Positions 1-13,100 of a stretch of DNA of 40,733 bases are shown here, piece by piece. Both the position numbers and the translations under genes were made by a program. The stretch spans positions 1 to 40,733 of the forward strand of contig JALDZS010000205.1 of NCBI GenBank assembly GCA_022813965.1, read 5' to 3'. This DNA comes from Toensbergia leucococca (Eukaryota). Within the stretch, counting starts at the first letter, position 1, and each line of letters opens with the position of its first letter. The notes under the pieces are model-generated. The model ran no database searches and had not been told where the DNA came from. It saw only the letters and a program-made list of their open reading frames with translations.

Positions 1-124
1 ACGAAGGAAACAAGAGGAGAACGAGGTTGAAAGGTTATTTAACCTCAGACGAAAAGGAGCACGCTAACGCGTGACTAGGCAGGGTCCAAGGCCTTGGCAG
101 GCCTCTTGGCCTTGCACCATGACA
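1..124 (-). mobile_element. Probable LTR terminus (partial, cut by window edge) of an LTR retrotransposon or solo LTR
   Basis: Minus strand starts TGTCATGGTGCAAGGCCAAGAGGCCTGCCAAGGCCTTGG...GTCACGCG. This is a TG-initiated GC-rich start with GGCC palindromes, as in fungal Gypsy LTRs. Composition switches sharply to AT-rich DNA just after ...CATGACA at 124. Confidence 0.5.
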
Positions 125-1750
125 GATGAAGATGATGAGGTATCAAAATTCTCATAAACTGATAGAAGACTAAGGGTTAAAATTCATTTTAAATAGGTAG
201 CAGAGAGCTTAAGTAAATTGTATGAGACCTTATTGCATTATCTCTCACCATCACCATTAGCTAATAATTTAAATTAAGTGAGCATAAAATTGATTGAGTA
301 GATAGAGAAGAATAGTTGATAAAAATAAGGGTGAAAATATCACATTTCTCTATGCACTATTACCATTAGTGATAATTCAAACTAAGTGAGCATGAAATTA
401 ATTGAGTAGATAGAGAAGCATAGTTAATAAAATCTCTAGTCACTATTGTTATTAGCATAGTAATTCAAACTAAGTGAGTATGAACTTGATTGAGTAGATA
501 AAGAAGAATAGTTAATAAAAATAAGGGTAAAAATATCACATTTCCCTATGCACTATTACTATTAGTGATAATTCAAACTAAGTAAGCATAAAATTAATTG
601 AGTAGATAGAGAAGAATAGTTGATAGAATTGTAGATAAAAATATCAGTGAATTTGTATGTGAAATTGTTGCAATTCCTTAAGTATTCTAGTTATTATATA
701 TACAGGTCTTATTATAAGATAGAAACCTCTCCTTAGAAGCAATATTCTTCTTCTTAATTTTAATAGAACTTCTTCTTGTTAACAATCCTTTTATAAATAA
801 CAACACCCTTATTTTGAAGTTATTGCTTTAGCAAATTCTTTTCTGACTCACAGTTTACTCAGTCAACAAATATACTTATAGTATCAATGATCATCATTAC
901 ATTAGTAACAGAAATAATAGTAATGTTGCTGAGTTAAAGTTCAAAAATAATGTTATCATTGACTTGTAAAGGCTAATTATTAATGAGAAAGTTGTTGAGG
1001 GAGTCTATGTAAATTAGTATATGTTGTTAAGAAACAGATAGTTACATACAGATGTACTGAGTTATCATAACTACTGATTATTGATGATATGAATAAGATA
1101 TTAATGAAAAAGAAAGAAAAGGAGGGGATGATAAGAGAAAAGAAAAGACTAGTGTTCCTGATCAGGTTAGCGTGCCACAAAGGTAAGGTTGTCACATCAG
1201 TAGGTAATTATGAGTAGCAGTATCACCTAGAAAAAGATTATAATCTCATCTCAGACACAATATTATCAAATTGTAATGCAAAATCATCATATTCTTCAGA
1301 GTACATCTACTCATAAAAAGCACAGGGTATAAGAGAGATGATATGCAAAGAAATTAAAGAACTAAATCAAAATATAATGTAAAATCATAATGTTTCCTTA
1401 CATGATAGACAGAAAGGGGGTGTTCATATGTTAAAAGAGAGTATTTATACATCATAAGTCAAATGAAAACAAACTCTCTATCAAGCAACTAAAACAACAT
1501 TATATTATTTAAACCCTCTTGTTTACTCTACTCAATGTGAAACACATTTGACACATACAGAACTTTCCTTTCTCTCACTACCAAGAAAACGAAAACCTCT
1601 TTCTCTCTCACCTCACCTCAAGCTGCCCTTCCCGAAAAGACAACCTCAAAACCCTCAACCTCAATCTTCTCAATCAAAATCCCCTAAAACCCCTCTCTTA
1701 TCATCAAACCGCCCCTTTCCTGATGAATAGTGTCTATAGACCAACTAGGC
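125..1750. mobile_element. AT-rich, RIP-like degenerate repeat/transposon block
   Basis: Very low GC, almost no CpG, abundant TpA and no credible ORF. Normal composition resumes at ~1750. Confidence 0.7.
245..627. repeat. Four-copy degenerate tandem repeat (unit ~108 bp)
   Basis: Anchor TGAGTAGATA(G/A)AGAAG(A/C)ATAGTT at 295, 403, 491 and 599 (spacing 108, 88, 108). Copies differ mostly by G/A and C/T transitions. Confidence 0.9.
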
Positions 1751-2233
1751 ACATCAAACAATTTCATCCGCAGCATGAAAAGCAAGAACCCTCAGTCTCA
1801 TGAAATATCAGACAGTTTTCCATCTCAGACCGTACGAGTAGTGAAATCTTCAAAGCGCCAACGACCCCATCAGCCGTCTCCGGGTGGGGGAGGGGGGTGG
1901 AGGTAACACAAACCAAAGCCTCAACCCCTCACTGTACCCAATCAATCAGTCCCTCAAACAAAATAATAGGAGACCAAGCCATCGCAATGCAATAAAAATC
2001 CGGAAATTAGTCACCCCTCAATAACAATAGGTAGGTAGGGCTAGAAACCGAGAAACAAGCCCTGCAAAAACAAAAAAGCCAGAAGCTCCGAGTCAATTCC
2101 ATTTCAGACGACAAAACGAACCTCGTTAACCTACAAAGTTGCTTTCGTAAATCTCTTGACAAAAGAGAAAAATATAAGGTAATGTCCCCATACAACTCCC
2201 CCTTTACCCTCTCCCACTCTTTCTCCCACCCGC

Positions 2234-2907
2234 TCAAAATCCGCGTCGCGATGCGTCCTTACTCTCAACATGTGTCCCTAGCCTAGAAACCGGATACTCA
2301 ACCGCCAAGCCCGAGCCATCCGTCCGCAACGACGTTTGCATCACCATTCTATGCCCAGTGTCAGCTTTCCTTGCACAAGTGCGAGGGGTGGCAGGCGACG
2401 TTGGGGTAACGAGATCCATGTTGAGATCGTGGTCGGGGCCCACACCGAGGCGCCGAGGGTGAGAGTGCCTTTGTTGAATGGTAAGGCACCTTCTTTCGCA
2501 AGGCCGCCGCGGTCGCGAAAGATGGAGACTGTGAATTTGAGATTGGGGGCGAAGCTGAATCCTTGGGCATCGCAGCGATTGTGAATTGCGTGGTCTCAAA
2601 GTCGACTTAGATCTGTGCGGCATGTGCTCCTTCAAGAACCGGATCGACGTCCGCTGCTGCGATGGCATCAACGGCAAGCCAATAGTCCCAGCACGACCTA
2701 GTCAAGCCATCTTTCCGTCCGGATTTGGTTGATGATCAATCCCATCATGTTGTCTTCTCTATTCTCAATTGTACTCACGTTCAAATCGAGCGTGTGGGGT
2801 TGTATATCTGACGTGGATGTAGCGGTCATTATTGAAACTGTTCATCAGCCAGCCACCTCTGTATCTCACAGACCACCATGCTTTGTGAGAGCCAGCCACT
2901 TTCGTCA
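2234..2907 (-). CDS. Possible two-exon hypothetical protein (Arg/Pro-rich)
   Basis: ORFs 2765-3055 and 2234-2677 share a frame and are joined by removing a GTGAGT...TTGACTAG intron (2778-2698). No recognisable domain and the start codon is uncertain. Confidence 0.25.
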
Positions 2908-3024
2908 TGCTGAGAGCATGGTAGTTCTTTTCGGCAAGAGGGCATTCAATGATAAGCGGTGAGGGGAAGCTCAGCCAGCCGATTTTCAAGTGGAGCTCTA
3001 GGGCATTTCTCCTCATGGATACCT

Positions 3025-4545
3025 CTACGAAGCGTATCCAACGCGCCAATCCCAATCTTCCTTTCCGGTCTCCATATCCCCATCTTCGTCATCTCCTCTT
3101 TCAAGTTTCGTATCGCCAGTGATGCAAGTCCTACCACCGCTCAAAGCACCGTCGCTTCTGGTCCCTCTGCCAGTCCACAATCGGCTTATCATCGCCGCTG
3201 CTAAGACTAACAGCACAGTCGCTACATTACCCCATTGTCCGACGGCTGCAAAAGACTCCTGCGATTCTGCGTTCCGGAGCTGAATGTTTCCCGTCTCTTG
3301 ATAGATGATGCAGCCCAAAAATGCGAAAAGGCCAATGAGCTGGCTGATGATATGAAGCACTTTCAAAACCGTGATATTGATCTTGATGAAAGGGGCAATT
3401 CCCAAGACATCAGTAACAGTGGAATTTTTGGCGGCCTTGATGGTGCTGTTCGTGACAGTTTTCCATTTCCACCCTGACGCCGAGGATTTTCGGCGATATC
3501 TAATTGAGAATAATTGCTTGTGGACCCATTGAGGAAGATATGTCTTCTTTTCGGTGATGAAAAATGTCACGAATGCGAGGAAAGTGTAAGCCCACCAGAA
3601 CAAGATAATAGTGCCTCTGTTGTTCCGCAGGGCCTGGAAGGAGTCCCTATCTGAGACGTTGTCGATCACCATGATGTCTTGTGTTTTGCGACCGGTATAA
3701 CTTGATGTAGCAAAGCAGGAGTAGATACAGTCAGGTAATGAGCCGTTCTCTGGGATTTGGGAATAGTTTCGCGCCGTTGACGTAAGTGTATAAAAAGAAT
3801 CACGCCAGGACTGATCCAGATAAGGTGCCTGATAATTGGCCTGAAGGGGAGATTCCGTGTGGTCCTTATGGCAGATCTGGAAGTGGAAGTTCTGATTAGG
3901 TATTATCAAGGCGAAGAATGAATGGCCCACAGCTAGGAGTAGAAGCCAGAATATCAGGATAGCTTTGCTTGATGATCTTTTAAACGTTGTTGACCAAGCT
4001 GCTGCCGGGAGTGCACCCAACATGACGGCGCTAACTATGTTCATGGTTTGGCCAACATCAGGTTCGTTGACGCCCGCACATGCAACGAATGAAGGGCTTT
4101 CGTCTGAGATAGGTAGTAATTCACAATGGGACTTCAACTTCGATGGATACAGTCTCTGGTTTTTTGTAAAGAGAATGATCATATGAATGGCTGCTATCCC
4201 AGAGTAAGTCAATACCCATGCTGCAGCACCTGCAGCGAGCCATTCATGGTTACGGATAACGATTGTGAGAATCAAGAGGACATAACAGATATACCGCGTC
4301 GTTGACTCGTACTGGCCGCTGATAGGGAACGTACAATTGATTGACTTGACCACGACATTGTCTATATCGTAGTTCTGAGGTTGATATATCTCAGAGGGCC
4401 GAGGTGTATCATTATACAACGAATTAATGATACTGAAAAGAATGAGATAAGAGAAAATCAATGTGTAAACAGTGTTAGTAATGATCTGATTATCAATGCG
4501 TTTTCTTAAGGAGAGAACGTTGCTGAATGTGTGTGGATTCGGCAT
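3025..4545 (-). CDS. Hypothetical fungal multi-pass membrane protein
   Basis: Open frame of >500 codons, first ATG at 4545. Roughly 7-8 hydrophobic segments, a CTFPISGQY motif before a TM helix, Cys-containing loops and SFAAVGQWG before the last TM. The 5' end may include an intron (TACTAAC...TTTTCAG near 4434-4482). Confidence 0.8.
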   Translation of the reverse strand: MPNPHTFSNVLSLRKRIDNQIITNTVYTLIFSYLILFSIINSLYNDTPRPSEIYQPQNYDIDNVVVKSINCTFPISGQYESTTRYICYVLLILTIVIRNHEWLAAGAAAWVLTYSGIAAIHMIILFTKNQRLYPSKLKSHCELLPISDESPSFVACAGVNEPDVGQTMNIVSAVMLGALPAAAWSTTFKRSSSKAILIFWLLLLAVGHSFFALIIPNQNFHFQICHKDHTESPLQANYQAPYLDQSWRDSFYTLTSTARNYSQIPENGSLPDCIYSCFATSSYTGRKTQDIMVIDNVSDRDSFQALRNNRGTIILFWWAYTFLAFVTFFITEKKTYLPQWVHKQLFSIRYRRKSSASGWKWKTVTNSTIKAAKNSTVTDVLGIAPFIKINITVLKVLHIISQLIGLFAFLGCIIYQETGNIQLRNAESQESFAAVGQWGNVATVLLVLAAAMISRLWTGRGTRSDGALSGGRTCITGDTKLERGDDEDGDMETGKEDWDWRVGYAS

Positions 4546-5330
4546 CCTAATCAGATTGAAGGTGACCAGATATCGAGCAATCAAAAGGCTATTCAAAAGA
4601 CGCTGATAGACAGCTTCACTTCAGCGTTGTAGGTTGAGGAAAAGAATACCTAGATACAAATAACAAAGAATTATTGATCTGTTGAGAGGACTTGCTTCAC
4701 AGTTTAGGTAGAAGCCGGCTTTTACCAGGTTGATATCAGGCTGAGGTGACGAGCAGACTGCGCCGCCTAGGCGCACCCGACTTGCAGCCTTGCTCGCCGG
4801 GCTACAAGAACACCTATTGGTGTATCATGTTCATGAACTCACCTACCCTCGAGCGCTGTAGCCTTAGGGCTGAGCTGTGGAAATTTCTCGTCAATCCACT
4901 TTTCCCATGAACATCACCTCACTGCCCTACCATGATGAACTCTCTTCATCTACATTCTTCATTCTTCATACCTTCTGAGCTCCAAGATGAAACCCTATAT
5001 GGAATTTGATATTGGAATACCTTACCGCGAAATCGAGGGTTTTTGGGGGGGTTTTTTGGATCAGTCACGGCAGCACTTGACATAGTCCAGCTATCTGCAT
5101 CATCGGAGTTAAGTTTACACCTTTGTGCAGTAGTATGGGGTGACAGTAAGCACTTAAAAAGGCAAATTTGCTTTAGCAATGGTCTGGTCTTAAGATTTAA
5201 TACCTTGGTTAGTCTTGCACGACCTCTCAATGAGTTTTGACGGCGACCTCCTGGACCTGACGGTACATGAAATGAGCTCAGAAAAAACCTCGCCTTGCTT
5301 AGAGTTGTATCCTACAGCCAGGTATGGTCT

Positions 5331-5693
5331 ATGGGTTCCTCATTCTCAATCCTAGCACACCTCGAATCGCGGATGGATCGAATAATTCAAGAATGCCTTG
5401 ATTACAATCTCCACAAGGAAGAAAACTAGGATGGGCTGATTGCGATATTGTTCAGCTGGGCCGAAAAAGTCGATGGTGGACTCTCAGTGAAGGATGAGCT
5501 TTGAAATCGCCTTTTAGCCCCAATTTTGAAAGCGAGCATGATATGAGCATAGAAGCCATATCGAAATCGACGAGAGCTACGTAGAGATGACGAGACACAA
5601 TCCGAGTGTCCGGAAGAATATGACAAGGAGACAACGGGGGTAGAACGAAGCAGAATGATCATCTCTCTTCAAGAATGCCAGGAAACTCGCTAG
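5331..5693 (+). pseudogene. Possible decayed ORF of unknown family
   Basis: One frame from ATG 5331 reads protein-like (MGSSFSILAHLESRMDRIIQECLDYNLHKEEN*DGLIAILFSWAEKVDGG...). It has four internal TAG/TGA stops, each one C>T change from CAG/CGA. Confidence 0.25.
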
Positions 5694-7103
5694 TACCGAT
5701 CCTCTTCAGCACTCTCAAATCGATCTCTATCTTGCACCGGTAGTCAATTTACTTCGCTCCTGAGTGAAATGAACTATCAGATTCATAATCAGCCAGCAGC
5801 CTAATTCGGTCTTCATCAACATGGAACGCATCATTTGATGACAGGCGCTTGAATCGTGGAAATTTGAGCGACTTAGAGTGTCGAGACAATATCGATGCAG
5901 ACCAGTCGGGCTCGTCCAAGTTGTCAAAGGTATTTCATGTATATGGGATAAATGTGCCAAGGTACCTTCACCTGCCATGGTAGCGTGGTCTACCTAAGGA
6001 TACGGGTCGGTCGCATTGGAAAGGGTATTCTATTCGGTTCTCATTGGAGAGACATCGCGAAGAAAGGTAACGTTTTGTTGTAAGATAATTGAACAGCTCG
6101 CATTTACGAGAGAAACAATTCACTCGAGATGCTACTCCTGCATTACGGGTAAGGTACCTACGTTAGTGACGTTCGCCAGTAACAGCGATGAAGCCGCTGC
6201 TCCAGTTTCATGTTAGTCTGGAGCCTGACTTTCAATACTTTCATCTTTTAACGAATTCTCGAATACTCTTTTTCAGGTGTATGACCTTCTTTGTCTTCCA
6301 TGTGTGAGGCTCTTCTTTGTTGCGACAAAGTACTCCCTAGATGGCTTACCTTCAAGCTGCGATTCGGATCTTGAGGAGTCTTAAGAACACCTTCCGATTG
6401 CAAGGAAAGAAATATTCTGTATATGATGAAATTAATAAACAAGTCGTACATTTGATTGCGATATTATCGTTGCTCCGTGGATGGATCCATGATCTAACAA
6501 GCGTTTTGTCTTATTTTCACGCGTACTCGTACTCGTACTTGTAGCGTGACGAATGGTGAGATGAGCTGTAGAAAGTATGAGCGCTCGAATCAATTCATCC
6601 TCGTAGTCAAAGGTTGCTATTACTACTGCCTGCTGAGGTCCTGGAATAATCTCCACGTTTGTGACAGATAAACGCTGCTCGATTCAAAGGCCGCGAAATC
6701 GGCAGACTAGCAGTAGTTCAAGCGCGAGGGAAGGGAAAAGTCAGACAAGAAAAGCCGATTGGCTGAAAGCAGCTCTCGCCTTTACTTTCCCTTCACATTT
6801 CAAGTTCATCTGTCAAGGCGAGACCAACCTCGATTGACCACGACTATCACGTCCATCTCCGCTGTTGAGCACTTGCGACGCGATACCATGTCATCTCTTG
6901 CCACCTCCTCCATCATCAACAAATGACTGCCCGAACTCCTCTCCTCGAAAGCCTGTTCTGTGACGAGTAGCCCAAAGAGCCTCATCGACAACTCATCACA
7001 ACCCTGTCCGTCGGTCCGATAGAGCTGATTGGATCACCTTGGCGCACTATTGCGCAAGCTACTCCTGGAACGCCAGCTTGATGCCTCATGCCCTCAGTAT
7101 ATC

Positions 7104-10100
7104 ATGTCGACAAGCGATTCAGACCACAATTATTACGCCTTAGACCATAACCGACAGACCTCTCGATCCTCTGCTTATGACCCTTTCTCTCGTTCAATCG
7201 ACCCAGCTGATGACCGGCTCAACCACGCGACAACCCCCAGTTCCAGCCTTTCCATACCACCTTTGCCTGCGTATGCGTATTCCCAGACCGCCCAGTCCAC
7301 TACCAGTCGACCTTCTGCAGCATCCACCTTCGAACAGTACGCATCAAATGCTAGTGTCAATGGCTTCACTAGTGGCCCACCTAGAGACGACCACTCTCCG
7401 GACCCACACGACTTTTACAGACGATATCAAGAGTCTTTTGGAATAGGATCAGCCGAAGCCCTGGGACAGGCGGATATCATTGTTACAGGCCGAGAAGACG
7501 GTATGATCTCATCGAGACACCAGCGCAAAACAAGCCCTGTCTCTGTCCGAGTCAACGGCTCTAAAGCCTCTCCTCTATCATTGCGGACTCACAATAATCC
7601 TTCGTCCCGATCGTCGATTTCTCCATACACCGATACGTCCCCTCTTAGCATCTCAAAATCAAATCCAGCGCTTTCGTACACCGCTAGAAATCGTCAGACA
7701 TCGCTGAAAGAGCTGGTCAATAAATTCAACCAAACTCCAGACGAGATCCCCCCACTGCCAAGGAGATCTACGTCAAGGTCTACATCTGCTACCTCGAGCC
7801 CGTTGAACGCCCACCAAAGCCATGGTAGAGTGCGCACACCGTCACAATCAAAGGGCTCGGTGTTTGTGTCGACAACGCCGGAATCATTACCAGGTCAAGA
7901 GCAGTCAGAGAAAGCATACAGTCTACATCAGCGAAGGAAACGAACAAATGAAGACGCTGCAAGAACCTCGAGGATTCAACGAACAAGACCACCAATATCT
8001 AGCAGCGCACACGCCTCACAGTCAATGATAGATCTTAGTCCTAAACCGGAAAACTCTGCCCAAAAACCTCTCTTTGGTGAGATTCTTCTAACGGAAACCA
8101 ACAATATTGGCTCAGGTTACGGTATACCTGGTTCTCGTCGGAGAAGGGGCTCCGAGGGAAGCATGCACAGCCCGAACCCAATGTTTCCTGATGAGCGGGA
8201 TCATTTTAGTTCGAAAGTCTCACCATTATCACCTTCTGCGTGGTATGTGGGCCCAGCACTTACGCTAGAGGGCAGCAGAATAGACAGCACGGGTCCTTGT
8301 CTCCCTCCAGGTATGCACCGGCGGACAAGGAGTGACATTGGAGGAACATCTTCCTTGCCTTCCGACCCTGGTGCCCTAGGAACACATGTTTCCATCATGT
8401 CGCCGCCTCAAGATTCACCATCCCCTACTGCGCCAGTAATCACCTCTAAACGAAATTCACAATCTCGCATACCATTAAGTACTCGCCGCATGAGCATGAC
8501 CTCAGATTCTGGCAACTCTACTTCCCCAAGCCGAGCCAACTCAGCAATGGGAAATCCTTCCGGCCCTCGAGTTCGTCCGCCGAAAGGGATAAGTGCTTTG
8601 CCAATTCCAAGTCAGAAGCCGCTCAGTCCTGTACGAATACCAAAGTCGAGCCCATCACGGAATGCAGCGCGACACCGAGACTACAGCCCATCAAGACAAC
8701 ATTCGGCAGCGAACTCACATCTCAAAGCATATATATCAGCTCCACCTGACAAAAAGTCGCCACCTCTTCGAAGCTCGAGGCCTCGGCAGCCTGTCTCAAC
8801 TGCATCAACATCGGCATCGAGAGCGCGAGCCGCAGAGCGATTCGGGGCTCATACTAATGGGACTTCGAGCCGTTCCAGGGAGAACAGGTCAAAGAAGTTA
8901 CCTGAATTGAGTGGTGTTGATTTCGCGGCCAGGAGACAGCGGATTGAGCAAGCCGTCACAAAAACCGTGAAGGAAAACGAACGGAAAGAAGAGATTAAGG
9001 CCGAGAGACAGCGCATGTCAATGGCACTAGAGTCTGGGGATCAACCGCAGCGTCAAATAAGTCCACCAGCAGAAAACCTTCTTGACATTAAACTTGAGCA
9101 ATCGGAAAGCAACAGCATCCAGACATACGGAGAGGACAACTTCGAAATGCCAGATCAAGAATGGTCAAGGACGGAACCGGAGCTAAGCATCAACACTGCC
9201 CAGTTGTCGGAGAGATCGGTTTTGGACCTGAGTCAGGAAGATTCACCTACCCTTGGTGTCACACATCGATTCTCAGCCCCAATTGAAGAGGAAGAGGATA
9301 ACGCAACGCCGCCTTCTGATCCTGAGCCAATGTCAGCTGTCACTGCCGGCACAACTGACACGGCCGACACATTTTTTGACAATGAGCCCCAGGAAGATTC
9401 ATCGAGTCCTTACGAGGAACATCGAAGTCTATTGAGTCATGTCATGAGTATGCGCGATACAAGCCCCACGAGCCTGATAAGCAATCAGCACACAACTACC
9501 GCAGAGGACTCTGTCTCTGAGAAAGACGACCAGGAATCAATACAGATAATGCTTGGTGATACACCTGTGAACGAAAGGGCCGATGACGGTAATGATTCAC
9601 TAGAAGAAAAGTTTAAAGCTGTCCTCTCGAACGAAAGTGTTGGAAGTAGATGGAGTAGCGGCTCTTGGACTTCAGCTATCCGAACAAAGGACCGACAGTC
9701 GTTTGACCACGAAAGAGATGGCCCGATGGAACGAATCGATGAGCACTCTCCGCCTCAACTGGGGCACTCCACCCATACGTCATATTCAACCATTAATACC
9801 CAAATCGAGCAGCCCTGGTCTCCTGCTACCTTTTCCTCGCCTAGAACTGGTCGAACGACGCTAGATAGTGATGGGTACAGTACAATCAACCGAGTCCTAG
9901 ATCAATATCATGACCCTAGTATGCTCAGTCCTGAGATGATGAACCATTCCCAGCAGCAAACTATGATCAAGTCCCCAGACCTGGCACGAGCAGGCGGATG
10001 GGATCCCAAGAAGGTCACACAACTGTATCTCCAAGAGCTTAAGAGAAGTAAACTCACGCACTCTAACGCTATGCCCGAACCGTTGAAATTCCAGTCCTCG

Positions 10101-13100
10101 AAGCAGACAAACCCAGAACTGCCTACATCGGAATCTAAAGATTTTAACCCTAATGAAAAGACCGTGATAGAGGGATCAGTTAAGGATGATCGGAATCATT
10201 CGAACGAGGACCTATTGTCACCTCGAGCAAGTCTAGATGCTGATCACGGTATCCTCAGACCTCAGAGGGCAAGCTTGAATGACCGAGATGACTGGGTAAA
10301 TACGTCGCCGTCGATTATGGACTGGATACATCCCCAAGCAGCTGACAGTCCAGTGGAAGATCGGCCCACGCCACCACCCAAAGACTGGAGAGTCATGAAA
10401 TCAGACGTATCTGAAATCATGGACCAGGAGGGGCCCGAGACGCCGACAGATGTACGTCCACACTTGCCAGAAATCAAAGACACAGGACAAGGTCTTGGTT
10501 TAGCAATAAATGTCGAATCGCCCCGAGACGATGATTCGCCAAAGATACCGCATCCACCGTTACCCAGTCACGCGCCGCCGCCTCCTCCAGTTCCACTCAC
10601 CATCGACCAAAGTCGCTCATCTCCGCCTGAAAGGCCGAGATCACCTCCCTCTCCGAGCATCTATAGCAAACACCCAGCTTCAACTATCTTTCCCAATACT
10701 TTCCCACAAGGGATTGCTGTTGGCCTTATCAGCGGCGACCCATCTGTGCCTTCCGGTCCCGTGAATTCATTGGCCCCAACGTCCAATTCTCCCTCACAGT
10801 CTCAGGGCCGACCAAGCCTAGACACGCCAACAGCGCCCTTGGATGCAGCTGTTAAGGAGACATCGCCATCACCTGACCAGAAGCGTTTGACTAGACGAAG
10901 ACACATCATCAAAGAACTCGTAGATACCGAGCATTCTTTTGGTCAGGACATGGTGGTAGTAGACGACATCTACAAAGGGACATCCAATGTCATCATTATA
11001 TCAGCTGACGACGTGAAGACTCTTTTCGGTAACTCTGATCAGATTGTCGCATTCTCGGCCAGTTTCCTTGATGCATTGAAGCAGGCGTCCAAGAGTGTCT
11101 ATGTGTTGCCAAAGTCAAGGCGATGGAGGAGCAAGCGGGCTAGTGTTGCAACATCGAACAGCGGTAACACCGACGATCAATCTTCAGTCAGTGGAATTGA
11201 GCTCAGCGACGAAGAGAAGGATCGCAAGACGTTTATCGGAGAACAATTCGGCCACCACATGGCAAATATGGAAAAAATTTATTCAGATTACCTGAAAAAT
11301 CATGATGCCGCTAATCAGAAGCTTCAAGTCCTGCAGAAGAACCCAAAAGTACAAATCTGGCTGAAGGAATGTCGAGCCTACGCCCACGATCTAACAACAG
11401 CTTGGGATCTAGATTCTCTGCTAGTCAAGCCTGTACAACGTATCTTGAAGTACCCGCTGCTTCTGGATCAGTTAGTGGAGGTGACACCTGAGGACCATCC
11501 TGATTATACGGCACTGGAATTCGCCGCTCGGGAAATGAAAGGGGTTTCTATGAGAATCAACGAGATGAAGAAACGAGCAGACCTAATGGAACAAGTCGTT
11601 AGTAATCGGAAAAGGAAAGATACAGAGAGCCGCATCGGTCTGTCCAAGGCATTTGGTCGTCGAACAGAAAAGCTTAGGCAGAACGTTGGATTTTCCGACA
11701 TGGTTGATGACAGAGAATACAACGCAGTGTCTGAGAGATTCGGATCACACTTCTTCCAACTCCAGGTTGTCATGCGAGACGTAGAAATGTATGCCCATGA
11801 CGTTCAAATTTTCATGAATCGATTTTGCGATTTCGTTGGTGCTATAGAACAATTTATTGACGTTGGTCAAACCAATTATCCTGAGATTGAGAGTAAGTGG
11901 CGCAAGTTCAGGATGTCAACAAAGGAAATGTCTGCGATAGCTCTGGCAGACCATGTGAGTATTCAATGTGCGAGGGAATTATAGGCTTTGAGTACTAACA
12001 GAGCATAGATCAGCGTGGTTCGTAAGAACGTGATCGAGCCCATGACAACGTTGCTGAAGTTGCATGATGGGCCTCAAAAGCTAATGCATAAACGCAACAA
12101 ACGGGTCTCGGACTACGCTCGCTTCAAAGCTTTTAAAGATCGGGGCGAAAAGCCTGACAAGAAAACGATCGAGCAAGGCGAGCAATTCATAGCTGTGAAC
12201 GACACGCTGAAAGAAGAATTGCCTAAGCTGTTCACCTTGACGGGCAAGTTGATGGAAGCGTGTCTGAACAACTTTGTCCAACTTCAATTACAATGGCAGG
12301 CAATCTGGCGGAGGAAGCTCAGCCAGGCGATTGATGACTACAACCATACAGGCAACCTGGCCGACATCATCGAGTCGTTCTCAGGAGACTTTGCTTTCGC
12401 CGAAGCCCAAGTCCTTTCCCTGGGCATCTGTAACGGGTCCATGCTCGCCGAGGCTGTCAATCTGGTCAACTTTGTATCTCCAACAACTACTTTGAATGAC
12501 GATGAGATGATCCCATTACGGCGGCCTTCGACACTTGAGAATTCTAGGATCCGTACAACATCTCTGAGCAGCGATGTGTCGCCGGTGCTACCGCAACCCG
12601 ACTTTGGTAGTCGTCACAGCGGCAGCTTCACCTTTCCACCGCTGGGCGTCGACAACGGACTCCACGTGACATCATCTCGACTGGACTTTGATCGCCGCAT
12701 GCGGGCTAGTTCCAATACTTCTGGTCCTGGTACACCAGAATTACCAGGAAGCTATCGGTCCTTCTCCAATGGCAGCACGCCTGTCAATTCAGGCACCTTA
12801 CGTCCTTCGACTTCCACCAGCCGAAGTAATGAGCCCTCTCCGTCTTTACCCCGCCTAAGTGTCGACACCCCCGGCTTTAGTCGGCTAAGTGAGGATTCCC
12901 CTAACGTACATCGCACTCCTTCGACTTCGAAGTACTACTCCGCCATGCAAAACCCTCGTCCGCGTGCCTCTTCGCCCTCGGCTCGCTACTCGGGCTTCTT
13001 TTCTTCTGCAATGCCAATGTCCGATTCACCTCGTCCACAGTCTCCGGCAGATGGTACAGGCCGTAAAGAATTCAACGTCATATTCCTTGCTGCAAGTGTC

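Noticed and set aside
245..627. CRISPR-like array
   Set aside because: The host is eukaryotic, whole units are repeated with no unique spacers, and there are no cas genes.
965..1196. Solo LTR (TGTAAAGG...GTTGTCACA)
   Set aside because: TG..CA ends are present, but the flanks (TGACT / TCAGT) do not form a target-site duplication.
5727..6656. Short minus-strand ORFs as a multi-exon gene
   Set aside because: I could not build a consistent splice model or find any domain motif.
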